Part shown: piece by piece, positions 42,921 through 57,657 of the stretch | Numbering within the stretch: position 1 is the first letter of the stretch | Layout: each line of letters begins with the position of its first letter | Assembly (NCBI GenBank): GCA_951406725.2 | Contig: OX597828.1 | Coordinates: 23,560,001-23,624,000 of the forward strand | Direction: 5' to 3' | Origin: Octopus vulgaris | Lineage: Eukaryota | Length of the DNA: 64,000 nt | Made by a program: the position numbers and the translations under genes | The notes under the pieces: generated by a model | Databases searched by the model: none | The model's input: the letters and a program-made list of their open reading frames with translations, nothing else | What the model was told of the DNA's origin: nothing

Positions 42921-43512
42921 AAATATGCACATGCACTCTCACAGGCCTAGACACATATATGTTCTTCTTGGTCTTAATGAAGACGGCTCAGTTCGATCAA
43001 GTGGACAAGCTGCTCATTGAATTGTCACATGTGTGAATAAGCATTTCCCATGCACGTGCATATTTAATGCATTTCGCTTGAAGCTTGATACGGCCTGCGA
43101 CAAGATTCTAAACTCGCTTTGAATTTCAGCTCCTGCAGATTAATCGGCTGAAAATATATGTTTATTCACATAGAATCTGTATTTCTTGTTTTAGTAGATG
43201 ACTTTAATAGTATGCAACCAAAAGTGAAATCTGTACAAAGTGACTGCATTTTAACCACGAGCGGTCTGGTCAGAAATGACATTGGCCAATCATTGGCTGA
43301 AGCATATCGAAGTTATCTATGAACATATATATCTAAGTACACATAGGCGAAGGTGTGACTGTGTTGTTAGAACCACATAGCTCCGGGCTCAGTCTTACTG
43401 CATGGCACATTGGGCAAATGTCTTCTACTGTAGTCTTGGGCCGACCAAATCCCTGTGCGTAAATTTAGTAGACGGAAACGGAAGCACACCCGTCATATAT
43501 ATGTATATACAC

Positions 43513-43597
<85 letters not shown>

Positions 43598-43691
43598 TGA
43601 ATATGATATATATAAGCATATATATGCCAGATACATATATATATATATATATACATACATATATATATATATATATATTATACATATATAC

Positions 43692-43760
<69 letters not shown>

Positions 43761-43764
<4 letters not shown>

Positions 43765-43998
43765 AAAAAATATATGTCGAACACGAGTGGTGATATATAA
43801 AAAGGAAATGAAGAAAATGCTGACAAATAATTGAAGTAATTTAAGTAATTTAATTAGGTGAAAGTTCTTTTTACCGGTTGCGCATTTGTTATGCTTATCA
43901 AAATATCATATTTTGATAAGCATAACAAATGCGCAATATATACTTTATAATTAAATTACTTAAATTACTTCAATTATTTGTCAGCATTTCTTCATTTC

Positions 43999-44003
<5 letters not shown>
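43761..44003. mobile_element. Fold-back element in (TA)n, same family as 34468-34682
   Basis: Outer arms ~43800-43853 and 43948-44003; inner palindrome 43878-43936. Confidence 0.7.
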
Positions 44004-44053
<50 letters not shown>

Positions 44054-44075
44054 CACACACGTATGTATATATATA

Positions 44076-44146
<71 letters not shown>

Positions 44147-45231
44147 AATGTATAACAAAGGTGTACAAGTGTTAATTCATTACACCCGTTTCAAACGACT
44201 CCTTTAATTGATTAACGGAAACATTACATCATTGCAAAGAAACTGTTCCCGTCAGATGACAGCATAGACTTCAAACACAAAAGAGAAAGCTACTGCTTTA
44301 CCATATTCACGAAAGGAGCTCAAATATTTACATTGATACTGCTGCGTCTTTGCGTCTTTGTTTGTCCTCCAGTTAACGTTAATTAGCATTTCGGCCAAAG
44401 AGAATGATAGAATGAACACTAGGCTTTAAAATGTAAGTTCCGAGGTCGATTTGTTCAACTAAAAAGCAATCCCTTCGGGGCTTTTCTCCGGTGAGTACGC
44501 AGTCAAATCACTGAAACGTTCTGAGTTGAAATTCCGCCGACGTCAACCTTGTATGTCGTCCTTCCGAGATCGATAAAAGATGTGACAGATGATCGCCAGG
44601 GTGGATCTAATCGACTTATCACCAACCTCGAAATTGCTATCCTTCTGCTAAAAATTTGAAACTATTATTTAAAAAACATACATACATATATACGCCTTCA
44701 CTCACATCTCACAAGCACATATATATGTAAGTATGTGTATAAATGCGCATATATGCGTGTGTGTGTTTCGGTGTGTATGCATGCATACATAAATATATGT
44801 ATTTATATATACAAATATATATATATGTATGTATGTACATGTATATATACATAAAAGTATGTATCCTTTTATTATTAAGTCCATACACCTGATTACGTGT
44901 ATGTATACCTGCTCTCACTGACTGTCTATCTGTCTATCAATTTATCTATCTATATAAATACAGTCATAAGATAGATAGACAGATAGACATATCCTCCTCC
45001 GTTTCCATTTTCTCCTCCTTCACATCAACCTCATTATCATTTACATTTTTCTTCTTTTGTCTGTAACAGACAATATTTGCCGACAACAGTGGTTCCAAAC
45101 AGTAGTTCCGAACTCTTTTATTGAAATGAGTTTTCCCACGGACCTCTTTTAATATGCTTATCCTTATGTATATATATATACATACATACACACACACTCA
45201 CACACACACACATGTATATATATATTTTTTG

Positions 45232-45536
45232 TCGCCCTTTTCAAGACTAGCCAGGTTCATGTGCTCAGTTTCCCGGTTTCTGTGGCGTATGTGTTCCCCC
45301 CAGCTGGACGAGACGCCAGTCCATCGCAGCGTTACTCAAGAAACAGGAAGAAACGGTGAGAGAAATTTGTGGCGAAGGAGTACAACAGGGGTTGCCGCCC
45401 CGCCCCTGCCGGAGCATCGTGGAGCTTTTAGGTGTTTTGGTTCAATAAACACACACAACGCCCGGTCTGGGAATCGAAACCGCGATCCTCCGACCGCGAT
45501 TCGGCTGCCATAACCATTGGGACATTGCGCCTCCAC
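45232..45536 (-). mobile_element. tRNA-derived SINE (head 1, tail 1)
   Basis: Head matches 36021-36210; tail matches 16980-17090. Confidence 0.88.
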
Positions 45537-45558
45537 ACACACACATATTACAAACATT

Positions 45559-45900
45559 TAAGAGGGATGACCACTAAGTAAATATCCATTATGCTAGAAG
45601 TCGACCTCCTATGATCTTACCACTAGGAAAGGAATGTTCTAAGAAAGAAAATTTAGCAAACGCCAGAACGTAAGTGAACACGACAAATGAAAAGATACAA
45701 AATATACAGATTAATCACAAACCCTTTTTCGTTGTTAGAAGGGTCGACTTCTAGCATAATGGATGTCCACTTAGTGGTCATCCACTCTTATATATAAGTA
45801 ATATAATTTTTCTGAATCTTCAGATTTTTCTATATGCTAGAACACTGGTTTTAAATTCATTTTAATCAAATTAATATTCAATTTTTCACCCTTATTATTT
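45559..45900. repeat. Inverted repeat (~48-bp arms, 45559-45607 and 45742-45790) with one-sided extension to (TA)n
   Basis: ggatgaccactaagt..atccattatgctagaagtcgacc mirrored; the extension resembles the ends at 41503 and 50311. Confidence 0.75.
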
Positions 45901-45904
45901 ATTA

Positions 45905-45991
<87 letters not shown>

Positions 45992-46009
45992 AAATTTTGA
46001 ATTAAGTTG

Positions 46010-46076
46010 AAGGATCCCCATTACTACCTTTGCGAACCACCAGCGATCCGCGGAGCCCTGGTTGGGAACTATTGGC
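46010..46076. mobile_element. hAT-like MITE terminal fragment
   Basis: gatccgcggagccctggttgggaactattg resembles hAT-Charlie-type ends. Confidence 0.35.
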
Positions 46077-46605
46077 CTGGATGTTTCAAACCAAACTTAT
46101 ATTTCTTCATGTAAAAACATGTTTCTCATTGCAATGAATGACATTGCATGTATATTACAATTGTCACGTGATATCACAACAAGGAATCACGCACCCACAC
46201 ATACAAAAATACACACACATTCACACTAACGCACCCGCACTCATACATCTGCATATGCATACATTTATGTACATACCACTGAGTCTTACGATTTCAATCT
46301 ATAAAAAAAAAACCATTCGTACCGAAAGCATATAGAAACACGAACTATTATAGTTCTTAAATTTGAGGGAAATCGGGAAGGGTGATTCGCTGGTGTAAAG
46401 GTAACACACTTAGTCGCGCTAACAAAAGGATGTCGGTTAGGGAAGCCCTTTCTCCTGTCGAGTGCATATATATCCCTCTATTATGTTATTTTCCTTAGCC
46501 GTTGCACGGTGAACGCCGTAAGCTTTAAGCTTATATAAAAACACCATTATCATTATTTACAGGATTGCAAATTCGGCACCGTATAAAAAACTTCCACATG
46601 TATGT

Positions 46606-46690
<85 letters not shown>

Positions 46691-47340
46691 CACACAAATA
46701 GATGGATATATATCAATATCCGTTTGTACACCATCATTTTCTTTCCATTTATTTATCTAACTTCGTACGCACGGCAACCCTGACATTGGGACTATCTTAG
46801 GACATCATTTTTTCTAAAATCATGCTAATTGCAGAGACAACCCGGAACTAGAAACCAGGTTGGTCTGAACAGAATTTCTTTACAAAGACCAACATGCTAC
46901 TATTTTTGCAACCTCAATATTTACGGAAGCACCGTGTAGTCACCGTGTTGTCACTAACGGCAACAAATTTATGGTTTTGTAATTCTTTAAATTCTGTTGT
47001 GAAGTGGAAAGACATGCCGTGATATATAACAGGATTATTTGCTTCGGTACAATAGAAGCGTGCTCGTCTCTGCATGATTAGCTCTTTACCTACGCAGGAC
47101 TTCGCTTAGAACTATTGTACTGTAAAACTAAAAGGTTATTGTTTAATTATACATGAAATACAAACATACACACATATCTTCGTACATTCACATGCGCATA
47201 CACACACACACATACACACTCACACACATACGTATGTAAGCACATATACAGACACACACATACGTATGTGTGATTCTATACATCTATATATCTGTATATC
47301 TTTTTTCTATATCTATATCTATTTATCTTAATATCTTTGC

Positions 47341-47384
<44 letters not shown>

Positions 47385-47499
47385 GCCTCACTGTGTGTGT
47401 GCTTGTATGTCTGTGTGCATGTATATATGTGCCTATGTATATATATATATATATATGTATATATATACTAGACACACACACATATATATATGTGTTGCA

Positions 47500-47585
<86 letters not shown>

Positions 47586-48867
47586 TATATATAGATATAT
47601 ACATACACAAATATATATCTATTTATACACGTACACATATTTATAGTTGCATGCATACAGATATGTGGGGTGGGGGTGTCGGCGTACGGTCTGAGTTTGT
47701 GATATAAAACATGCAAAAACTGAAACGTTTCTCTTACGGCAATATACATAAAAACCTGTTGCATGTCTGTTAAAAGTAACAAAAGCCAACGAAAATCTGA
47801 AACGTGGAAAAATTGAACATCTAAACTCAGCAAAATATTAGATAAGCTCATATACAGAAGAACGAATGGATATTTTCACTGAGTGATTTTATCTCATTTG
47901 TTCTTTTATTTCTTTCCTGCAAACTGCAAAGTGTTAACTTTTTTCTGTATAGGCGTGTGAAATTTTGAATCATAAACACCTCATAAATCCCTGTATCGCG
48001 AAAATATTGGAAATGATTCGTTTTTATACGCAACTGGACATTCTCAAGAAAAAACCTGGGGAGCGTACTAATCTTCCGTTCTATAGGGTCAAAGCTTCAC
48101 ATTTTTCGGGAAGGTACTCAGTGGATTGCATTGGCCCCTGTTCTACTTTATTCACAAGGCTCGAAATTTTCGAGAAGGGAGGCAGTCGATTAGAGCCCCC
48201 TCACTTAAGGAGCTGGTACTTTTTTCATCAACCCTGAAAGGATCAAACGCAAAGTCGACCTCTGCGGAATTTGATCTCAAAACATAAAAACAGGCGAAAT
48301 GCCGCGAAGCATTTCCCCCGGCATTTATACCAGTTGGCCGCCTTATAATATTAACCCTAAGACGATGAATGGCAAAGTCGACCGTGCAAGAGACTCAGAG
48401 TGTAAAGCCGGGAAAAAGATGCGAAGCATTTTCTCCGGCGTACTACGCTGTTAGGGTACTTTCAGCTTAATGGTACGGAGCGCTCAGCAGGAATTTGAGA
48501 GATGCAGGTTTCGATCCCCTCTGGAGGCTTACTGGCCACTTTCTACATCTAAAGAATATACCCCCGACTTTCTAAGCGTTCTTCACATACCTCCCACATT
48601 CGAGAATTCATTTATTTTCTGTAGAATACCGATTCCCTAGGCGGTTATAAGTTTGTTTACAAAATGTCCTCACATTCCAAAAGCTATTACTTAGCCTTAT
48701 AAAAAGGCGTTATCTGTTGTTAGAGATCCTACAGCCGGAATTTCAGAGGAGCAGATTTTGATTACCTGTCGAGACTGGCTGCCCACTGTTTTCTACCTTT
48801 TAAAAGTTATTTGCTTGATTTTCCTAAGCTGTCTTCACAGCCAGCTTACGTTCGAGAATTCCTATAT

Positions 48868-48963
<96 letters not shown>

Positions 48964-49925
48964 TCACTTTCTCCGTCTCTGCGTATTGAGATCTGTGGTA
49001 TTTGATAAAAGAACTATGACATCAGTACAATATGTACCATATAGAAAAAATGGTACGTTTTGGTTCCTTCTTAGCGTCAATTAAAACTGAGATCTCGTAC
49101 TTTGATAATGGTTTCCCTCGTGGCATAGAACATAGTGGTTATGAAAAGATACGGTGCTTATATTTCACCTTGAAAGATACACGCCAGGATTTCAAAAATG
49201 TCGGTATTACCTTCCGTAGAAAGAAGTTGAGCCTCCGTATTTGTGTAGAGTACATTTATAGCGGGAACTAAATGTTACCAAGACTGAGTACATGTCTCTA
49301 ACCGAAGAAGATAGAAATCTTGTCATACTAAATCGAGTTTGTTAATTTCTATATTTGGGTCATTCGATAAGTTCATCATATAACGATATTGACATTAGAA
49401 TTGTCAAAGACCGGGCTGGAATGAACTGAATCGAAATAATTTGGAACTCAAATCTACAAAGAAAAGTCAAAATATCATAATTCAAAACATCTATTGAGTC
49501 AGTGTTTGTGTATGATCAGATACATGGGACCCTGACACAAGACCAACAGAATAATGACCAGACATTCCAGAAAGTACGAAGGTTAATTTGTTCGCCTAAA
49601 CCCGTTAAAGCGGTACCCCAGCATCGCCGCAGTCTAACTATTTAAGCAAGTAACAGATAACAGATAACAAATGGTAGATGTCATTCTTTAATCTTTTCTT
49701 TCAATCATATCAGTCATTAAACTACGGCCATGCTAGGGGCACCGGCTTGGAGATTTTTTTAGTCGAACGAATCAATCCCAGTCTTTTTTTAAGCCTGGTA
49801 CTTATTCTATGTACCGTTTTTGCTGAATTGCTAGGTTATGGAGACGTAAGCAGACCTGCACTGGTTGGCAGACAGTCGTGGTGGGAATTAAACACAGACA
49901 CAGAGATACACACACACACACATGC

Positions 49926-50710
<785 letters not shown>

Positions 50711-50722
50711 ATATATATATAC

Positions 50723-50765
<43 letters not shown>

Positions 50766-50766
<1 letters not shown>

Positions 50767-52070
50767 CAGGCCCTTCGACACTTTCTTGACCTCCGCTCTA
50801 ACCCTGTACCTGACACCTCCACACTCATTCGTCTGGCCGAACTTGTCCTTACTCTGAACTGCTTCTCGTTCGCGGGCGAGTTCTACCATCAGGTCTCGGG
50901 AGTGGCCATGGGAACGCGAATGGGCCCCAACTATGCGAACCTGTTCGTTGGCTATGTTGAGGCCCAAATATTCTCTAATTTCACTGGTCCCACTCCTGAA
51001 CTATATGGTCGTTACATTGACGACATTATCGGTGCCACCTCACTCTCCCGCGAACATCTAGATTCCTTCCTCTCTTTCGTCCAATCTTTCCATCCAGCCC
51101 TCCACTTCACTTCCACTATCTCCAACACCTCTGTCTCCTTCCTCGACATTTCGGTTAGCATTCTTCACTCCACTCTTACCACCTCCATTCACTACAAACA
51201 CACTGACTCACACTCATACCTCAACTTCTCTTCCTCCCACCCAGAACACACCAAGCTTTCCATCCCCTATTCCCAATTCCTCCGTCTACGTAGGCTCTGT
51301 AGTGACGACCATGACTTTGAGACTCCAGTCTCAACGTATGGCTCACCACTTCACCCTACGTGGATACCCCCTCACCACAATCCACACCGCCCTTGCCAGA
51401 GCACGGTCCGTGGACCGTGTATCTGCTCTCTCTCCCCGAACCCGCCCTGTAGTCTCCCGCCTCCCTTTTCCCCTCACTTACCACCCCACGACCCTACGTC
51501 TCCAACGCACCATTCTTCGAGCTTTCCGTCATCTCCAGTCCGACCCGTCCACTTCACACCTCTTCCCTAACCGACCTCTCCCCTCTTTCAAACGAGCCCA
51601 CAACCTTCGAGACCTTTTGGTCCATAGCTCCTTCCCTGACCCTACCTCCCAACCCGGCTCGTTCCCCTGCTCCCGCCCACGTTGCCGCACTTGCCCTTAC
51701 CTCTCCAACACCACCCGCCTCACTAGCACCCACCATCGACCCTATCCCATCATCCACTCCTTCACCTGCACCTCCAGCAATATTATCTATTGCATCTCTT
51801 GCTCTCTCTGCAATTCCTTGTACATCGGACAAACGGGACGCCGCTTGGCTGACCGGTTCGCGGAACTCCTTCGTGACATCCACCTTGCGAATGACACACC
51901 GGTCTCACGCCATTTCCGCTCCACCGGTCACTCCTTGCAACACCTATCTGTGTTCGGTTTTTCCTTACACAGAGGCCATCCGGATTCCCGTTTGCGCCGT
52001 GAACAGGAATTAATCTTCTCTCTTCGCTCTTATACGCCATTTGGTCTCAACTCTCCCCCCTCCTCATCTA
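50766..52070 (+). pseudogene. PLE RT/GIY-YIG ORF, 5'-truncated, with a frameshift near 51323
   Basis: ORF 50764..51570 (RT) switches into ORF 51302..52399 at DDHDFET/QSQRMAHHF. Confidence 0.88.
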
Positions 52071-52392
52071 ACCCCCTCTCCCCCTCCTCACCTATCCTTT
52101 CTCCCCGACCCCTACTTCTTCAGTCCTTCATCCTTTCACCCCTACTCCCCTTCCCTTCTTCCCTCTTTCTCCCTCCCTCTTCCCCTTCCCTCTGCTCCCT
52201 CACTCCCTCTCTCCCCTTCTCTCTCCCTCTCTCCCCTTCTCTCTCCCCCTCTCCCTCTTTCCTCCTTCATCCCCCTCCTCCCCCATCATCTCCTCTTCCC
52301 CCTCTCCTCCCCCTCTCCTTACCCTCCCCTGCTCCCCCTCTTCTCCTCACTACACCACATGACTTTACACATCACATCACATATGATGTGCC

Positions 52393-52730
52393 ATACTAAT
52401 ACACACACCAACTAATACATACTAATACGTACTAATACATACTAGTACATACTAATACATACACCAACCCTATACATACACACGTCCAGACCCCGCATAC
52501 GCACTTATACTCTCTCATACACACACACACACACTTATACATACCAATACGTACTAATACATACTAATACATACTAATACATACACCAACCCCATACATA
52601 CGCACGTCCAGACCAATCCTACGCACTAATACTCTCTCATACACACACACACACACACACCCTTATACATACTAATACATACACCAACCCTATACATACA
52701 CACATCCAGACCCCTCCTACGCACTATTAG
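52393..52730 (+). repeat. ~110-bp unit x3 with ACTAATACAT decamer subrepeats in the PLE 3' region
   Basis: actaatacatacaccaaccctatacatacacacgtccagacc occurs three times with variation. Confidence 0.85.
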
Positions 52731-52897
52731 CTGGTCCCTCAACCCTTTTATCAACCCTATTATCTCTCCTTATTTCGCTCTCGCGTCTCATGTTTGATCT
52801 TTGACCTCTGGCCGAAATCAGATCGCCATGTTGATTCGTTAGCTACTGCACGCATTTTTTTTCTCTCCTTCTTTCTGTGTTTTTCTCTCTCTGTGTA

Positions 52898-52935
52898 TCT
52901 TTCTGTTGAAGAGCGTAGGCTCGAAACGTTAAAGA
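52898..52935 (+). ncRNA. Minimal hammerhead-like motif in the PLE 3' end
   Basis: Reads UCUUU CUGUUGA A GAGC-guag-GCUC GAAAC GUU AAAGA; core position A6 is U. Confidence 0.6.
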
Positions 52936-53048
52936 CTTGTTTTATTTATATTTCCTGAGCGCCATACTAATACAATTGTTCGTTTGTTTTCCACCTGCCT
53001 TCGTCTTTTGTTTATTTTCATAAAGCTTCCCGTTATATATATATATAT

Positions 53049-53132
<84 letters not shown>

Positions 53133-53374
53133 CAGGCTTCTCTCAGGTTCCATCTATCAAATCCACATGCACGGCTTTTGTAGGCCCGAGGCTAAAGCAG
53201 AAATTCTTCGAAGTTCCATACAGTGGGACTGAACTAGGAACCATGCGGTTGGGAAGCAAATTTCTTACCACACAGCCAAGCTTGCGCATATATCATTGCA
53301 TATTTGCTCATGTCGCATTATTTTTATACTTCAACGCGAGGGTACTCATATAATATCAGCTATAAATATTTGTT

Positions 53375-53605
53375 TTGTTTTTATTGCCTACATGGGGCTT
53401 AACATAGAGAGGGCAAACAAGGACAGACAAAGGGATTAAGATGATTACTTCGACCCCAGTACGTAACTGGTACTTATTTAATAGACCCCAAAAGGATGAA
53501 AGGCAAAGTCGAACTTGGCGGAATTTGAAATCAGAACGTAACAGCAGACGAAATACTGTTAAGCACTTCGCCCGGTGTGCTAACATTTCTGCCAACTCGC
53601 CGCCT
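53375..53605 (-). mobile_element. SINE family A
   Basis: Reverse-complement match to 99-350. Confidence 0.85.
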
Positions 53606-53814
53606 TTTCTGCTATAAATTTTTTATATGATACATATGAGAAATTCAGTTACGTGAACAGCAGCATGCATGAAACTCTGAGTAAAAGCGAAAAAAGCAAT
53701 CTCAGCTCCAGAATAAGAAATGTCATTCGTTATTCTTGACTGGCTGTTATGTGCCGCTTACATACATACCTACCTACCTACCTACCTACCTACCTACCTA
53801 CCTACCTACATATG

Positions 53815-54037
53815 TACTACCCACAAGGGGCTAAACGCAGAGAGGACAAACAAGGGCAGACAAACGGACTAAGTCGATTATATGGACACCAGTGCGTAAC
53901 TGGTACTTATTTAATCGACACCGAAAGGATGAAAGGCAAAGTCGACCTCGGCGGAATTTGAACTCAGAATGTGAAGACAGACGAAATACCGCTAAGCATT
54001 CCGTCCGGCGTGCTAACGATTCTGCCAGCTCGCCGCC
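53815..54037 (-). mobile_element. SINE family A within (CTAC)n
   Basis: Reverse-complement match to 99-350. Confidence 0.85.
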
Positions 54038-54270
54038 TACCTACCTACCTACCTACCTACCTACCCACCTACTACATACATACATACATACATACATACA
54101 TACATACATACATACATACATACGTGTGTATTTGTGTGTGTGTGTGTGTGTGTGTATGCGTGTGTGTGTATCGATGCCATGTATTTGTGATCAATGATTA
54201 TATATCAGTTTGCATAATTTTTGTTTAAAACCACAGGCGAGTTGATAATCTGCATACGTTTCTTGCTTAC

Positions 54271-54315
<45 letters not shown>

Positions 54316-54413
54316 GCAACAACAACAACAACAATAACAACAACAACAGCAACAACAATACCAACAAAAGTAATAACAATAATTACATGATTATTCATCA
54401 CAATAGCGACTTG

Positions 54414-54447
<34 letters not shown>

Positions 54448-54787
54448 CAAGATGGATACATAACCATATATTTCTAACTCTAATTTTTGATGTAATGCTT
54501 CCGTATAACCACGCGCGTATACACAGCAACTCACTCACGTGAATATGCAGTCACACTTTCATATACAATGCATGTATATTTATACTTATGTGTATGTGTG
54601 TGGAGGAGTTGTGTATATTTGTATACACATGTATGCAAATACACACGCATACATACACACAAACATACATATATATGCACCCGCAGATATACATATTTTC
54701 ATTTATAATGTCGTACGCATATATGTATATATATTTGTCTAATATATATATATATATGAATGTACTTTTGCATATAAATTCAAACTG

Positions 54788-54841
<54 letters not shown>

Positions 54842-54842
54842 G

Positions 54843-54878
<36 letters not shown>

Positions 54879-55130
54879 CTCTATCTGTCTGTCTGTCTGT
54901 TTACCTATCTGTCTATCTGTCTGTCTGCCTGCCTGTCTGTCTATCTATCTTTGTATCTATCTATCTCTCCATACACACAAACACACACTCACGCACACAC
55001 ACACCAACTCAGACTCACACACATATATATACTTACACAAATATATACACACGTATAGATACATATATATATATATAAAACCACACATACAAACAAATAC
55101 ATACACATACACATACACACAAACACGCGG

Positions 55131-55168
<38 letters not shown>

Positions 55169-55342
55169 GCATATTTACTTAAACATAATGTATAAATATT
55201 CCTTGTAAATAACTCCCAATCATACCTCCATTAACGGGGTGGAAAATGTCGTAAAACTTACTATCCAGAAATAGATGTTTTGATGGATAATACCCTTCTT
55301 GTTGTCGATGTTGCTATTACTGTTGTAAGTGCTACCATTACC

Positions 55343-55660
<318 letters not shown>

Positions 55661-56090
55661 TTACCGTTATTTTCGTTGTTGTTGTTGTTGTTAAGCTAGT
55701 TATCAGGTCGTCGTTTTTTTTATTTTCGTCTGTATGAGCGTGTGTGGTTTGTTTCGATTCGGTTTCCAATTTTGCTTTTGTTTTGGGTTTTTTTTTTCTT
55801 TTTTTTTTTTTTGGTCTTGTTTTGCATAAGTAACAATAGTTTCAACTTTTGTAGGTAGTAATTTAAATTCAACTTGGTCTGTCATCGGTACAGGATATGG
55901 TTATCTTTCTGTAGGCAATATTGATAGAAATAAATACAAATATTTGGATGCAGGTATATACGAAGAGAGATACACATAAAATGCCTACACATACACATAC
56001 AGGTACAGGTGAACATACACTTCCGTACACATCCAATCAGTTACACATCTACGCAATCTAGTATGTCTGCTTGTGTGTCTATATATACAT

Positions 56091-56133
<43 letters not shown>

Positions 56134-56153
56134 TGTGTGTGTGTGTCTGTATG

Positions 56154-56187
<34 letters not shown>

Positions 56188-56215
56188 GTATACAGAAATA
56201 TATATGCATATATAC

Positions 56216-56266
<51 letters not shown>

Positions 56267-56370
56267 TATGTATATGTGTGTGTGTGTATATACAAATAAA
56301 TATATGTATGTATATGAATATAATCATGATTGTATATACATATATATATATCCTGCATATATATATATAT

Positions 56371-56423
<53 letters not shown>

Positions 56424-56442
56424 TGTATATATACATATATAT

Positions 56443-56582
<140 letters not shown>

Positions 56583-56781
56583 CTGAAATGTGCTCATTTC
56601 AGTATTTATGAAATGATATAGACGTAAATATAATCGGTGAGTGTATATTTTTAGTGTATGTCTGTATTTTCCATTTCCCAATGGAATGCTGTCTAGTTTA
56701 TATTCAGACTAAGACAGCAGATCTTAGAAACAAAATTTATGACTTTATTTTATGCAACTATCATCTCTTACCATTCTATAG

Positions 56782-56862
56782 GTGTATCCGGAAGACAAGG
56801 TCCCCCTGGTATTCCAGGAATTCCAGGAAAAGATGGTAAAGATGGAGCAGTCGGACCACCAG
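56782..56862 (+). CDS. Internal exon of a collagen-domain protein, (G)VSGRQGPPGIPGIPGKDGKDGAVGPP(G)
   Basis: Nine Gly-X-Y triplets in 81 nt. Acceptor ctatAG ends at 56781 and donor GTgagc starts at 56863; phase 1/1. Lies within ORF 56739..56954. Confidence 0.92.
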
Positions 56863-57429
56863 GTGAGCACTTATATCTACTAACACTTTGGTTTATCTTA
56901 TTTCTTTCTCAATTTTTTTCCAATGTTTTCAGAAGGATTTTGCTGTATTTGTAAAACGTAAAACAAAATGCCTTGAGGTTGTATATTTGTTTACAGCATT
57001 TAATGTCTTGAATTACAATATAACTGAGTTTGATATTATTTCTAGTGGGTTGTTTTTTTTTTTCATTTTTTTCTGGCTTTGTTAACAGTATCAGTTAAAG
57101 AATTAGTCGATTTCAACGTCTATCAGTTACGCCGCCAGCACGTCGGTTGTTGTGTCTTTGTAAGAATCGATAAGGATTGTGATGTGCTAGAATCTTTTGA
57201 GCGCCGGATACGGTTCCAAACGTTGGTTCTTCCGGCTCTTTCTGCTCTGAGTTCGAAAGACGTTAATGCAGGCATTGCCTTAAATCTCCCGGGACCGATA
57301 AAATAGTGTAGTAGTTGAGGACTGGGGTTGATAGAGATTGCTAATCCCTTCAACAAGATTTCTTGCTTGATGTCTATATACAATCATAATCTGGTGGAAC
57401 AACCATTGAAGTCTTCCTTTCCTTTAGAG

Positions 57430-57657
57430 CAGTGGTTCTCAAACGTGGTCCACATAATCCTTGGGGGACCCAGATAAGGTGTAGAATAAACTGGTTATAT
57501 TTCTATTATACACACCATTTTAAATACAATTCCCAATAATATTCAATTATAAAAACATAATAACAGGATTTTTAAATCATTGAACAGCTGTCAGAGCCCA
57601 TCCGTGTAAAATCAGAGTGAAAGGTGTCCATAGGCTAAAAATGGTTGACTATTACTG
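57430..57657. mobile_element. hAT-type MITE (~230 bp), degenerate
   Basis: Left end CAGTGGTTCTCAAAC after ctttagag; degenerate right end ggttgactattactg. Confidence 0.5.

Larger units (their letters stand above)
50766..53033 (+). mobile_element. 5'-truncated Penelope-like retroelement (probably Neptune group) in (TA)n
   Basis: RT motifs QVSGVAMGTRMGPNYANLF, YGRYIDD, FLD and HYKHTDSHSYL..SSHP; Cys linker CSRPRCRTC; GIY-YIG endonuclease NIIYCISCSLCNSLYIGQTGR..RF..HF..GH..E..GLN; long pyrimidine-rich 3' region. Confidence 0.93.

Noticed and set aside
52041-52415. Pro/Ser/Leu-rich extension of the PLE ORF
   Set aside because: Read-through into a CT-rich low-complexity 3' region after the GLN motif that ends the endonuclease.
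52393-52730. Regularly spaced repeats resembling a CRISPR array
   Set aside because: The spacers are themselves repeated, the context is eukaryotic, there are no cas genes, and it lies inside the PLE 3' region.
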